This document shows, piece by piece, positions 37,909 to 50,092 of a stretch of DNA of 64,000 nucleotides. The DNA is from Felis catus (taxonomy: Eukaryota). The notes below the pieces were generated by a model. The model had not been told where the DNA came from, ran no database searches, and saw nothing but the letters and a program-made list of their open reading frames with translations. The stretch spans positions 216,320,001 through 216,384,000 of the forward strand of contig NC_058368.1 in assembly GCF_018350175.1 (NCBI RefSeq), given 5' to 3'. A program made the translations under genes and the position numbers. Position 1 is the stretch's first letter; every line of letters begins with the position of its first letter.

Positions 37909-40067
37909 AAAAACACACAGCATCATTGCTGCTTTGAATATTTGTGAAAATCAACAAGAAGCTTTAATGTGTAACTCTGTGGACATTTTTACCAGAGAGT
38001 AAGATAATGTTACAAATGGTGTTTGTTTCTCTATTTTCTGCTGTCATAAAGTCATCTGAAATGCACATGAATTTATAGACTCAATCGCACATTAATTTCT
38101 TTTCCTGACACTCTCTAGTTGTTCAAAATCATGTGTCATATTTTAGCTGCAGTGTTTTATTAATATGCTTTTATCTACTTTCAGTCATTCACGCGTTTAC
38201 TGGAAATTTGTGACCCGGACAATCACTCTCTGTTTTAATTGTTTAATGTGTGTTTCACCGTCTGGACATAGCCACCATTGATTTATTATTCATTTATTTT
38301 TAAGGGTTTTTTTTTTTAATTAAAGTATAATAGCTACTGTTTATTTAATTGGACCTTATGTAGAAGAGATCACCATCTGTAACTAGAAACAGAATTCTGT
38401 CCCTTTCATTACAACTGGATAATCTTCATTTGTGGACTTTACAAAGTTGTGTCCAACATTGTTAAAAGTCTCATCTACTCCGCAGAATGAGTGAAAAGTC
38501 TGTCTCTACTGTGGAAATGCTAACACTCCTCCCCTCTGCCACCAATCACCTAACTTCCTACCTCTGGAAGAAGAAAGCATCTCAGGTATACTCACCTCCC
38601 ACCATAACCCACCCAGCGTAGCCACATAACACTCTCCTCAGCTCACTGTCTCCATCATGCATACTGCCCGCCTTAATTCCTACTGTCCATTACCCAACCC
38701 CCAACACTCACCCTTAAAATCTACCATCTACTTTTATTTTCCAGACATATTTCTTATCCCCTGGCTGTACATTTGCTTTCTCACAGGTGAGTTTATACAC
38801 AGCCCCTCCTGATCTCTGTCAAGAAGGCTTCAGCCAAGAGGTAGTGCTTTATGGTTCTTCGATGATTCTTTATAAGTGTAGCATTCACTTACCTTGCATT
38901 TAGGGTGCCTTTGTGACCCTCGGTTAACTAGACACATCCAAATGAATCAATACCAAGTTGTTCATAGAGTAAAGTATAGGTTAGCTCCGGTGATCTAAGC
39001 TAAGAAGATACTTTCCTTTTGTTACTTTTATACTTATTACATTGGCATGGACCACTATTTAAATGTCAGGATTTTTGCCCCCTTCTCCAGCAAATTTTGT
39101 GTTGTGGACCAGAAAGCCAGTTAATAATTACTCAAAAAGTCTCAAAAACATTTGTATATGCTAATGGTTTCCACAAATGAAGAAGGTTTAATATGATGTT
39201 TAAGAAGAAGGTGTTAAAGAAGAAGATGTTAAGAAGGTTTAATACGATGTATATATATCTATATATAGATATATACATATACATATATTTTACAGATGAA
39301 ATGTATATTAACTATCTTTATTGCTAATACTCAAGGGCAGATTAATTATATCTTTTGTGTTTTATAATTGTGCTTGCACTCTGACCTCATAATGTCTTCC
39401 GTTACTTAATTAAACACCGCTTTTAGTAAATTCTATCACCTGGAAATATATTTTCCTACAGTTGCTCTATTTATGAGGTAATTTTATTTCCCATAAGTGT
39501 TATAGTAATAGAGTTCACCTCATTGAAATTTAAACTATTAATTTTATTCTGAGACAAAGTAATTATTTTCCCCATAAGTTGTGAACCATCATCATAAATC
39601 TCACTGCAATTAGAATGTATACCTTTTACTCCAGTAAGAATTTCTGTTGATAGATGGAGACTCCTGAGTATGTGTTTGTTGATACTTTGCACTTTGAACC
39701 AATTTTGATTAAATTTTTACAGAACTTTTTGCACCACACAATCGCTGGAAGCCTACTGCAGTGTTTCATGTTTCAATTAATTTCATAAACCTGTAAAATA
39801 TGAGTGAAGAAGGAAAGCTCATATTTTTTATTAGATTTTGAGTCATGTATAAGAATAATTTTTGAAGGTGGCCTATTCAGGGGAAAAAATGGGAAATATA
39901 TTAAAAAGTTATTTCTCTCTTTTTTCTGAAGAATAATAAAGACAATTATAATTAAACCTTTCACATTATTTCACTTTGGTCTTAGAAAGTGGCCTTACTC
40001 TTCTAAAACAAAATATTCTTTGTCATGGAAAGGTTAAGTCTTAAATTATGGATAAGGGATAAATTAG

Positions 40068-40610
40068 GTATTAGTTATCTACTGGTACAAAGCAAACTGC
40101 CCCCACAATTAGTGGATTAAAACCACAAGTGTGTATTTTTGCACCGAGATCCTGAGGATTGGGAATCCAGGGATAGCTGAGCTGTAACTTTCAACTCAGA
40201 GTCAATGTGAGATTGCAGTCAAGGCTTCAGCTGGAACTGGATCGTCTAAAGGCAGTTCCAGCTGAACTTGTCTGGTGGTTGCTACCGGCTAGTGGTCAGT
40301 GCGTCAGTTTCCTACCATCTGGTTTTTCCTTACATAAGACTACCCCTAGTGTTCTAAGGAGATAGCAATTGCTTTCCCCAAAAGTGAGTGAGGAGAGAGA
40401 AGTGGAGAGAGAGAGAGATAGAGAGAGAGAGGGGAATAAGATGGAAACTTTAGTGTTTGTAACCTAATCTGAGAAGTGTCGTATCATCAGTTTTAAAATA
40501 TATTATGTGTGTGCGCACACACACAGTGAAGTTATATTAGGGCATAGAGAGCAGACACTTAACACAGACGAAGCAAAGATATGGGAGCAACACATGGCAA
40601 CACACCATTT
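40068..40610 (-). mobile_element. MaLR LTR (MLT1-type)
   Basis: gtattagttatcta..ttagtggattaaaac..tgagattgcagtcaag. Confidence 0.7.
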
Positions 40611-40795
40611 GGCCTCCATTTTGCTCTGTTTGTATAATGGAATTATTTTATTTGTCACCCCTGGGCTAGATACAGTAACAGAATATGTGCTCGGTTTGAA
40701 TGTGACATTTGTCATCCACGGATTAATTTATTAAATCGTCTCAGCTGATGAAGCAAGCCTTCTTTCTTCAGTAGTTTTTATTTTGTTTCATTTTT

Positions 40796-40821
40796 TAAAA
40801 AATTTTTAACATTTATTTATT

Positions 40822-40860
<39 letters not shown>

Positions 40861-41026
40861 ATGAGTAGGGGAAGGGCAGAGAGAGGGAGAGACACAGAAT
40901 CCAAAGCAGGCTCCAGGCTCTGAGCTGTCAGCACAGAGCCCAATGCGGGGCTCAAACTCACAAACTGCAAAATCATGACCTGAGCTGAAGTCGGACGCTT
41001 AACCGACTGAGCCACCCAGAAGCCCC
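40796..41026 (-). mobile_element. CanSINE
   Basis: TSD attttgtttcattttt at 40780-40795 and 41028-41043. Confidence 0.96.
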
Positions 41027-41049
41027 AATTTTGTTTCATTTTTAATGTT

Positions 41050-43030
41050 TTTCATTGTGGGTAAGATGTATATGGCATATAATTTTAACTATTTTTAGTA
41101 CCATTCAGTGATATCAATTATATTCACAGTATTGTGAAACCATTATCAGTTTCTATTCAAAAAACTTTTTCATTATCCTTAGCGGAAATACTGTAACCTT
41201 TAAGCAACCTCTCCCCTCTTTGTTGTTCCCTCACTCCCTGGCAAATGGTGATCTGCTTTCTCTCTCTATCAACTTGCCATTCTAAATGTTCCATGCAGTA
41301 TACGTTCCATATAATTTTGTCCTTTTGTGTCTAATTTATTTTACTTAGCACAAAAGATTTTTGAGTTTCAACCATGTTACATCTGAACTTCATATTTTTT
41401 ATTGCTGAACGATATTTCATTGCATATTATACCACATATTCTTCATTCATTCATTCATCTGATGAAAAGTCTATCTTTGTTTCATTGTATTGCCTTTGGT
41501 TAAGGATCGGTTGGCTCTGTTTATGCAGGTCTATTTTGGGGGGCTTCCTGTGATCTGTTTTCATCTGTTCTATGGATCTGTTTTGTCTATTGCTAATACT
41601 GTGGCAGTATTCTCACACAGAGGGTCTTGACATCAAGGTTTTTCTCTCCAGGAAGCAACTTTATTCCTGCTGGCTCCGCTCAGTTGGGTTTGTACCCAGA
41701 GAACTGAGCCCCAAATGCTACCTGGAATGTTTTTTTATGTATTTTCTACTTCTTTGTCTCCCACGTATGGTAACACACAAAGATGCAGTCTGATTAAGTG
41801 GTCTCATGTTACAAGGTCGTGAGGGATGTTGTCTCCTAGGAGTATAGCTAGGTTGCTTTGAGGTTTTTTCTTTTTTCTTTTTTTTTCTTTTCTCTTCTTA
41901 GGGAGGGGACCCCACCACAATACCACAATGTTTTGATTGCTGTAGCTTACTACAGCTTGAAGTTGGATAGTGTTCATCCTCCAACTTTGTTCTTTTCCTT
42001 CAGTATTGTGTTGGCTATTCTGGATTTCTTGCTCTTGATGTAAACTTTTATTTTTCAACATCTACAAAATAATTTGCTGGAATTTTGATGGGGATTGCAT
42101 CAAATCCATAGATCAATAGATCAATTTGACAATATTGAATTTTCCTACTCATGGGCATAGAACACTTTGCCTAAATTAATTCTTCTTCGGTTCTTTTCAT
42201 CATAATTTTGTAGTTTTTCTCGTATACATCTTATGCATATTTTGTTAGATTAATTCCTAAGCACTTCATTATGGGGTGCAAATGGCATTGTGTTGCTTAA
42301 TTTCTAATTTCACTTGTTCATTGAGGGCACAGAGAAAAACAAATGACTTTTTATATTAACTGTGTTTCTTGCAACCTTCTCAAGTCTTTCCTAGTATTTG
42401 TCTTGCTCTGGGTGCACAGAGAGCCCTCTAAGATTCCCCTTATAAACATATTCTTTCAGATGTCTTAATGTCTTAAATTCTTCCCAGCTTTTGCTCCCAG
42501 GTATAAGCAGTCTATTGCATGTTTCAGTTGTAATCTTTTGCCAAATAAGTCTGAAGTTGGTTGGGTTGGCTTGCAGTGTCGAAGAGCAATGACCACTTCT
42601 TTTTTGGCCTGAATTCTGAATTGGAGGAAACAGATGTATTCACATTTTTGGTCACTCTTACAAATCTCCCCCAAGGAGGTTATAATAGATATACAAAATA
42701 ATTTGCAAACTGCCTCTGCTGTAATCCCTCCAGAACCTGGGAACAGAGCCCCACCTCTGGGAATGTGCTCTTCCCACTTTATGAGTGTTGCCACATGCAG
42801 GATGGGCAGGGCAAGGGAAAGTCAAAACTCTGCAAAGTCTTTCCAAAATTTTGAAGTTGCCCTTTTGCTTGATTCAGTCTTTCCTTGGTTGCTGTAAACC
42901 TTTGGCTGTTTTCCGGATTTCTGACTGAGTTGATTCTGACAGTTTCTGCATGTTTTCCAATGTTTCTGTTGGGGTGGAATGAGAGCTTGGAGGTAACAGC
43001 TATACTGTTTTGCTGGAGACACTCATACTA
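41050..43030 (-). mobile_element. Old L1 (L1MB/MC-like) 3' end, ORF2 and 5'-region fragments
   Basis: Antisense L1 text (tcctccaactttgttcttttccttcagtattgtgttggctattct; gctggaattttgatgggattgcat). Confidence 0.75.
41600..41919 (-). mobile_element. Solo LTR (ERV1-like, 320 bp) inserted in L1
   Basis: TGTGG...CCACA termini, 4-bp TSD atac at 41596-41599 and 41920-41923, minus-strand AATAAA at ~41660-41665; L1 text rejoins when it is removed. Confidence 0.82.
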
Positions 43031-43054
43031 TTATTTTGCCATATGTTTCTAGTT

Positions 43055-43155
43055 GCACAGACTGATCTTGATATAACGTTGAAAGGGACTATGCAAGGGT
43101 GTGAATACCATGAGGAAGGGAAGATTGGGGATCAACGTGGAAGCTGTCTATAACA
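43055..43155 (-). mobile_element. MLT1 LTR end fragment
   Basis: gggactatgcaagggtgtgaatacca..gctgtctataaca. Confidence 0.6.
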
Positions 43156-43499
43156 AGTTAACTTTCATTTTTTTGTGTGAGTTTGAGAGGGATAGAGAGA
43201 AATAAAATCGAGGTAAGCCAATTAATAATTTTAGGACATTATTTGCCTCATTCTGGATTTCAGGATCTTGGCTCACAAAATTAGAAATAAGTCATTCAGT
43301 TCAGATATATGCATACATGCAAGCTTGCATATATATGGGTGCACTTGGTAAAAACATAGAGAACAACTTTTAATTAAAAAATGTACAAAGACGGCTTCAT
43401 CAGTCAACATCTCAGCAGGAAACGTGACATATTGAAAGCATTAACAAAAAGTAGATATTGAAATAACCTTTTTACAAAGTTTGGATAGGGTTAGGCAAA

Positions 43500-43885
43500 C
43501 AAAGACGACTAAGCACTGAGTTAAATGCAACAGCAGGGTGACGATGCCACACCCGGTGTGAGGTGAAAAATGACAGGATTTTGTGATGAGAAATTGGAGG
43601 TTTCCGGAGCCAGGAGTGACAACAATTTGAGAGGGCCGATGGCTTTTGGAGAAGGATACAGCCACTGACAAACCACAGCGCAGCAGACAAATGAGACAAT
43701 AATGTCTCCAAATCACCACCTTCCAGTCTTCGGACCTTCAGGCTGCACTTTCCATTAGCCAAAGCTAAGCGAAAGTCAGGGAAAATGAGCCAGGTTGACG
43801 TTATACATAAAGTTCAGCTTTCCGGGACATAGTTCAAACTGGAGGACGATAGGTTTGAGCGGATAAATGGAGAATATCTCGCATA
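43500..43885 (-). mobile_element. Old LTR relic (MLT1K/LTR33-like)
   Basis: tccattagccaaagctaag..aagtcaggg; ends aaatggagaatatctcgca. Confidence 0.45.
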
Positions 43886-44614
43886 ATTTGCCTTTCATAC
43901 ATACAGTACAACACAATATAGTTTTACTAAGATGAGATCATGAGAAACGAGTGAAAGGAGAGTAGAATGAGTGAAAAGAAACCAGGTGAGGGCGACATGG
44001 GAAAAAATATGGCTTAAATGCTTGTGAGCTAAAGGTAGGTAATTTATCTGCTTCTTCCAGCCAATGCAAAGATCAAATTTTGGTCAGTTAAATGAATGAT
44101 GGTATCATAAATGAACGGAGAATTTCCCGAAGTGTAGGAGTGCTATTCCCAGTACGGTGGCCAAGGAGACCTTCCTACTGTTGGTCCTCACGCGGCAAAC
44201 TGCAATTTATGGAACACAGCAAACTTACAGAAAAAAAGACATAGAAAAGTTTAACAAAGCTATATTTTATAGTATCACATAATCATTGCTGCCAAAAGTG
44301 CTTCAGTATTACCATTCTAAGCACACTGAGAGAAAGGACTTTCTATTTGCAACCTCAGCTGTTCTGATGTGATCCAGGGATAGATTATGTAGAATGGATA
44401 AACTGCATACCCCAAAGGTTATATCAAAAAGGTTATAATTTGAGCAGAGCACCAAGGAATTGGCACTTATATTTCCTGATGGGTATTTGGAGTGTGGCTA
44501 AACTACATTGCAGGTTACATTAAAGGCCATATGATATTTCTTGTAAACCCTCTAGGCACCTATGTTCCCTATTATTCTTTTTCATGAACCCTCTTCCTTT
44601 GCCCAGCTCTTAAA

Positions 44615-44855
44615 ATTTAGTGCGGTCCTGGGATTTCATTCTGCCCATTTCTCTTTTCTATGTATGCATGCCATATATGAACAATATCATTCATTTTCAT
44701 ATTTCCAAAGTTCTATGTGATGATGATCCCCAAATGTTTACCCCCTGCCCTAATTTTCCTCGTGAGCTTTAAACCCCAAAGTTCTGCTTCCTGACTGGAT
44801 GTCTCCATTTGGACCTTTCAGGGTTATTTTAAATTCAAAATGGATCTAGAATTCT
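44615..44855 (+). mobile_element. L2 fragment
   Basis: gatgatccccaaat..ctgactggatgtctccatttgga..aaattcaaaatg. Confidence 0.65.
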
Positions 44856-45619
44856 GCACAAGTCGTGTTCCTTGGATTGCTCTCAAATGATCAATCTTGA
44901 AACCCGTATCATTATTTCCAGCCTACTAAGGTCATACTTAACAGAATTCTCATAATGGACCCATATTGCTTTATAGTAAGCACAGCTAAGATTATGGTTA
45001 CTGACTGTGAGACCCGTGAGACAAATAGGTCTTTGGTTCCTCAGAGATATACTGGCTACCAGTCTAAAAAGTTTTGTTTGTTTGTTTTCTTTATTGGTCT
45101 GAATGGTCCTAGGAGTTCTGAGGATCTTGATAGTCTGGTGCAGATTTCTTTCCTTCTCTCTCATATATGTTTTTTTTTTTCCTATATTTTCTTTCTAACT
45201 CCTGGCAAAAAAAAAAAAAAAAATATCTCCCCTACCCACCCCCCTCCCCGGCCATCACACACCAGAGGTAACTATCTTGACTTAAAGCAGCTGGGTGAGG
45301 GTTGTGTTTTGCTTGGTGTTGGAAATTGGTTCCACTCACACTAATTTCCTAATCAGAGCCTTGGGTTTCTTACCTACTTCTCATTTCTGGGCCCCAAATT
45401 TTGGAGTGGCCATCTGAGCATACTGATTTGATTTGTAGAGACTATGGGATTAAACAGTTCTCTTCTCAGTATCAATAACCAGCTTGGTGTTTCTGTGTCC
45501 CTTTTTTTTTACCTCCTTAATCTAGGACAATTTTTCTCAACCTCGAATACATACCCGAATTGTCTGTTGAGCTTTTGGTTACTAATAGGCAGACATATAA
45601 GAATTGCTGATAGAAACTG

Positions 45620-46000
45620 TTTCCTTTCACCTGGACAGCTCTTTCCCAGAAATTTACTTGCCTCTTTTCTTAGATCCTTCTGGAATTTGCCCAAAAATCA
45701 CTTTCTCATTGAGGACTCATTTACCCACCTCTGTGTAAAATAGTGTGTTTTCCAGTACCTTTTGGGTACCCTCTATATCCTTTTCTTTCCAAATATTTCC
45801 CATAGCTCTTTGCCACCTGACAATCTTTCACTTCTTTCCCCACATGCTACTCTTTACCCCATACAATTAGAATGTCGGATCCATGAGAGGATTAAATTGG
45901 ATTATTTCACGTTTGTTGTTCTCTTACCAGTTCATTTCTTCTTTTAAGTTTAAAATAGTGCTTGGCATGTACATACACTCACTAAATATTGCTGGGAAAA
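45620..46000 (+). mobile_element. L2 3' end
   Basis: ttagaatgtcggatccatgag..aatagtgcttggcatgtac..actcactaaatattgctg. Confidence 0.65.
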
Positions 46001-46328
46001 AAAGTAAATGGTCCATATGTATCTCAACGCATCACCCATTTGGTGACCTCTAAGGGCTCAGCTGAGCCTCAGTGACTTCCAGGATGGTAAGGCCTGGCCC
46101 ATGGCACTGGATCCATGTGACTTCTGTATCCTTATTCTACCTGGAGATTCTTTTACTAGGTGTAAAAAAAAAAAAAAGATTTCCTCTCCTTTTTACTTCT
46201 TAAATCATAATACCTATAGTCAAGAGTGTTCTTTCTTCTTCTAGGTTTTCTTAAGGGCTTGAGTATTTGGAAGTTAATAGCCAGAAAGTGTTAACTACTT
46301 CTTTTTTCTTTTCTTTTCATTTTTTTTT

Positions 46329-46438
46329 TTGACTCTGTCTATAATACTGACTCTGTCTATACTACTATACTACTATACTACTCTGTCTATACTACTATAC
46401 TACTATACTACTATAATTTGACTCTGTCTATACTACTA
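46329..46438. repeat. Local complex repeat (ctctgtctata x4 with (ctata/ctact)n)
   Basis: Directly visible. Confidence 0.9.
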
Positions 46439-47536
46439 AGAAAAAAATTCAAAAATATCATATCAAATTGATGGAAAAGCCAGGAAAGTCACCCTCATAA
46501 AGATAAATACATATTATTTCACAATATTACCTGGCCATATATTTGTGTAATATTAAAACCACATAAATTGCTCTACACATTAATATAAAACATTAAATGT
46601 GTTTAATAACAGACTGTATTGCTAAAGTCCCAGCTATGACTCGTAGGTTATCAACATGTGAATTTCAAATTGAACTTTATATAGAGATAACTAGTATACA
46701 ATTGAACATTATTTAAAAATCTTAAATTAATAAAACAGAAGATGATGTGTCAAGAGAAAAAGATTGTGTCATGCAGTCTGATAAGCTAATATATCCAGAA
46801 AGACCAGGCCTTCTGGTATACAAATGGTAGGAGATCACAGAACACCATTAAAATAGGTCAGTAATACATTATTCCTTCCTGTGTGGAAGAAATTCTAAGA
46901 CCCTAACAGAAAGTAACCTGTGCTACTCCCAGGGTGCCTGTTGGACTTTGGTTGGAATGCTGGGAAAATTGTGTTCTCCATGTGTCTATACAGAATGGCC
47001 ATTCTGGAAGTTTACTAAGGTAATTATGTTCTAGAATCTATTTATTCAAATTTTAGGCCTTCAGATATGGATTCACATGTTTATAATATTTAGAGATTTT
47101 ATGTTGTAATTGCTCGAGTGAGGGGCCAATAATAATAATGGATAATAATGTCAGTAATAATTTTTACTAATTTCTGGGTATTCATTCCAAGATTTGTTTT
47201 ATATATCATGTCTCCTTTATTATGAGTTTGTCTATTATTCATTTATTCACTCATTTAATGATTTTATACAGTCATCTCACACCATATATAATGGAATTTG
47301 TAGATATTAACATAAATTATGCTAAGTTTTCAGTCAGGACAACTAGTAGGAGTAAAATCCTCTCCTATAAATTAGGACATTTAGCAATAGTTTGAATAGA
47401 CTTTAAAAGTATTGTCAGCTCGTTCTTAGGTTTATAGTTTGTTTTCCGACAACTAGAAAAATTATATACAACCATGAAAATGAAAAATATATAACCTAAA
47501 CATTATATTTATTAGCTTTAATGTTATACATAATAC

Positions 47537-47621
47537 TATATACTAATATGGAAAATAATTAAGACCTAAATATATATATATATATATATATTTTTTTTTC
47601 TTCTTGAATATATATATTCAA

Positions 47622-47665
<44 letters not shown>

Positions 47666-47724
47666 GAAGAAAAAAATATATATATATATATATTTAGGTC
47701 TTAATTATTTTCCATATTAGTATA

Positions 47725-47726
<2 letters not shown>
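47537..47726. repeat. Long AT-rich inverted repeat (quasi-palindrome)
   Basis: tactaatatggaaaataattaagacctaaata (47541-47572) is the exact reverse complement of 47691-47722; inner ttttcttcttgaa pairs with ttcaagaagaaaa. Confidence 0.95.
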
Positions 47727-47769
<43 letters not shown>

Positions 47770-48499
47770 GAAGAAAATCTTCAGTTTTTAAGAGAAAGAA
47801 TAAAATGTCTATACCATGTTAAATTAGTTATAATAATGTTATATAGTGTTAATCTAGAGATCCAAGATACTAGGTATAAAATAAACTTGTCTAATCAGAT
47901 TCTGGAAACAAGGTTTATAGAAGGGATGGGGAAAGAATTCACAAGCAAACATCACCCCCCTATTTCAAACTCCAATTATAAGCTTACCATATCCTTTGTG
48001 GTAAGATCCTATGGACTACTGCAATTATTCTAAATGATAATATAAACAAAAAATCCTAGAAAATTTTTGTAAAGACAGGTTTAGATGCTTTACCTCCAGA
48101 TGTACTAATGCAACAGGCCCAGGAATCTGCATTTAGAATGAATAAAGATGTGTAATAGATTCTTGATATATTTAAACTTACCTAACAAGGTAGAAAAAAA
48201 TAGAAAATAACAAAATATATCTAAATGTCATCAAATGGCAGAAACTACAAATTATGGGAAAACATTATTCAGATTTACATACCCACATATATGCTTATAA
48301 ATATATATTAAAATGCATGTTTTATTTATATGTGATAAGTCTGAATATTTACAGACACATGCATATATATCAGGATTAATTCATTTGCAAATATTATAGA
48401 GTGCAATAAGCCTGTGGATACTACTCTACTCATATATTTAAACAATATTATTTTTAATAGAAGGGACATAAGACAAAATTAAAAAGAATCCTAAACTTC

Positions 48500-48505
48500 A
48501 TATAT

Positions 48506-48572
<67 letters not shown>
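48500..48572. repeat. (TA)n microsatellite
   Basis: Directly visible. Confidence 0.96.
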
Positions 48573-48575
<3 letters not shown>

Positions 48576-48631
48576 AAATGATAATAAAGAATTACTAAGG
48601 ACTCAGAGTTGTGGTTGGAATCTGCCTTTTT

Positions 48632-48855
48632 ATTTTTTTTTTAATTTTTTTTAACGTTTATTTATTTTTGAGACAGAGAGAGACAGAGCATGAACGGGGG
48701 AGGGGCAGAGAGAGAGGGAGACACAGAATCCGAAACAGGCTCCAGGCTCTGAGCGGTCAGCACAGAGCCCGATGCGGGACTCGAACTCATGGACCGCGAG
48801 ATCATGACCTGAGCCGAAGTCAGCCGCTTAACTGACTGAGCCACTCAGGCGCCCC
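48632..48855 (-). mobile_element. CanSINE (young)
   Basis: TSD tggaatctgccttttt at 48616-48631 and 48857-48872. Confidence 0.97.
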
Positions 48856-48907
48856 ATGGAATCTGCCTTTTTAACAAGAACCTCATATAATTTTGATATA
48901 GTTTTTA

Positions 48908-49127
48908 TTTAAAAAAAATTTTAACATTTATTTATTTTTGAGACAGAGAGAGACAGAGCATGAACAGGGGAGGGGCAGAGAGAGAGAGGGAGACACAGAA
49001 TCTGAAATGGGCTCCAGGCTCTGAGCTGTCAGCACAGAGCCTGATGCGGGGCTCGAACTCACAGACCGTGAGATCATGACCTGAGCCGAAGTCGGACGCT
49101 TAACCGACTGAGCCACCCAGGTGCCCC
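48908..49127 (-). mobile_element. CanSINE (young)
   Basis: TSD tgatatagttttta at 48894-48907 and 49128-49141. Confidence 0.97.
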
Positions 49128-49300
49128 TGATATAGTTTTTAGACTGTACATTAAGAAAGGATGTAGCAGATGTGTTCTTTGACTGAAAGCAAAGAACCTA
49201 TCTTAACATCTTCATGAAACAAACTTAAGCCCCAAATAAAGAAACTATAATTTAATATCATAGCCTAATTTTATTTCTAAATTCCAGTAAAATTAAGCCA

Positions 49301-49601
49301 AAGGATACAAACATCTAATTATAAGATGAATAAGTTCTGATGATCTAATGTACAGCATAGTGATTACAGTTAATAATACTGTATCATATATTTGAAAGTT
49401 GCAAAGAGAGTACATCTTAAGTGTCACTTTAGTACATCTTAAGTGACAAAAAATTGTCATTATGTGACATGGTGGAGGTATTAGCTAATGGTATGCTGGT
49501 GATCATTTTGTAATATATAAGTGCATCAAGTCAACACATTTTACACCTTAAACTTACACAGTGTTATACGTGTCAATTGTATCTCAATAAAGCCGGTAAA
49601 A
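49301..49601 (+). mobile_element. L1MA-type 3' end
   Basis: ataagatgaataagttct..gatctaatgtacagcatagtgat..tgtatctcaataaagc. Confidence 0.85.
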
Positions 49602-49877
49602 TTTCTAATACAATTATATAGTCATTAAAAAGAAATCATGTTTCCCTTATTTTGGATTTAATTCAGACTGAATATGTACTGTGTTTTCTACAATGTAAAC
49701 ATTTGTTTTTCATGTTGTCAGATTAAATTGGAATAAATTGCAAAATAAACTTTTACACTTACTTAAATTATGTAAGCATTTTAGCTTGACCAAATAAGCT
49801 CAATTAGGATGCAATTACAAATAAACCGTACTGACTTAGAAGAAATAGACTTGATTTTTTAGAGCAGTTGATTTTAT

Positions 49878-50092
49878 AATTTTTTTAATGTTTATTTATT
49901 TTTGAGAGAGAGAAAGAGACAGAGCATGAGCAGGAGAGGGGCAGAGTGAGAGGGAGACACAGAATCCGAAGCAGGAGGCCAGGCTCTGAGTTTTCAGCAC
50001 AGAGCCCAACATGGAGCTCAAACTCACGAACTGTGAGATCATGACATGAGTCAAAGTCTAACTTAACAGATTGAGCCACTGAGCTGTCCCCC
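49878..50092 (-). mobile_element. CanSINE
   Basis: Flanking agagcagtt at 49861 and 50093. Confidence 0.93.

Noticed and set aside
48616..49141. Two adjacent similar SINEs as a tandem duplication
   Set aside because: Each has its own distinct perfect TSD, so they are independent insertions.
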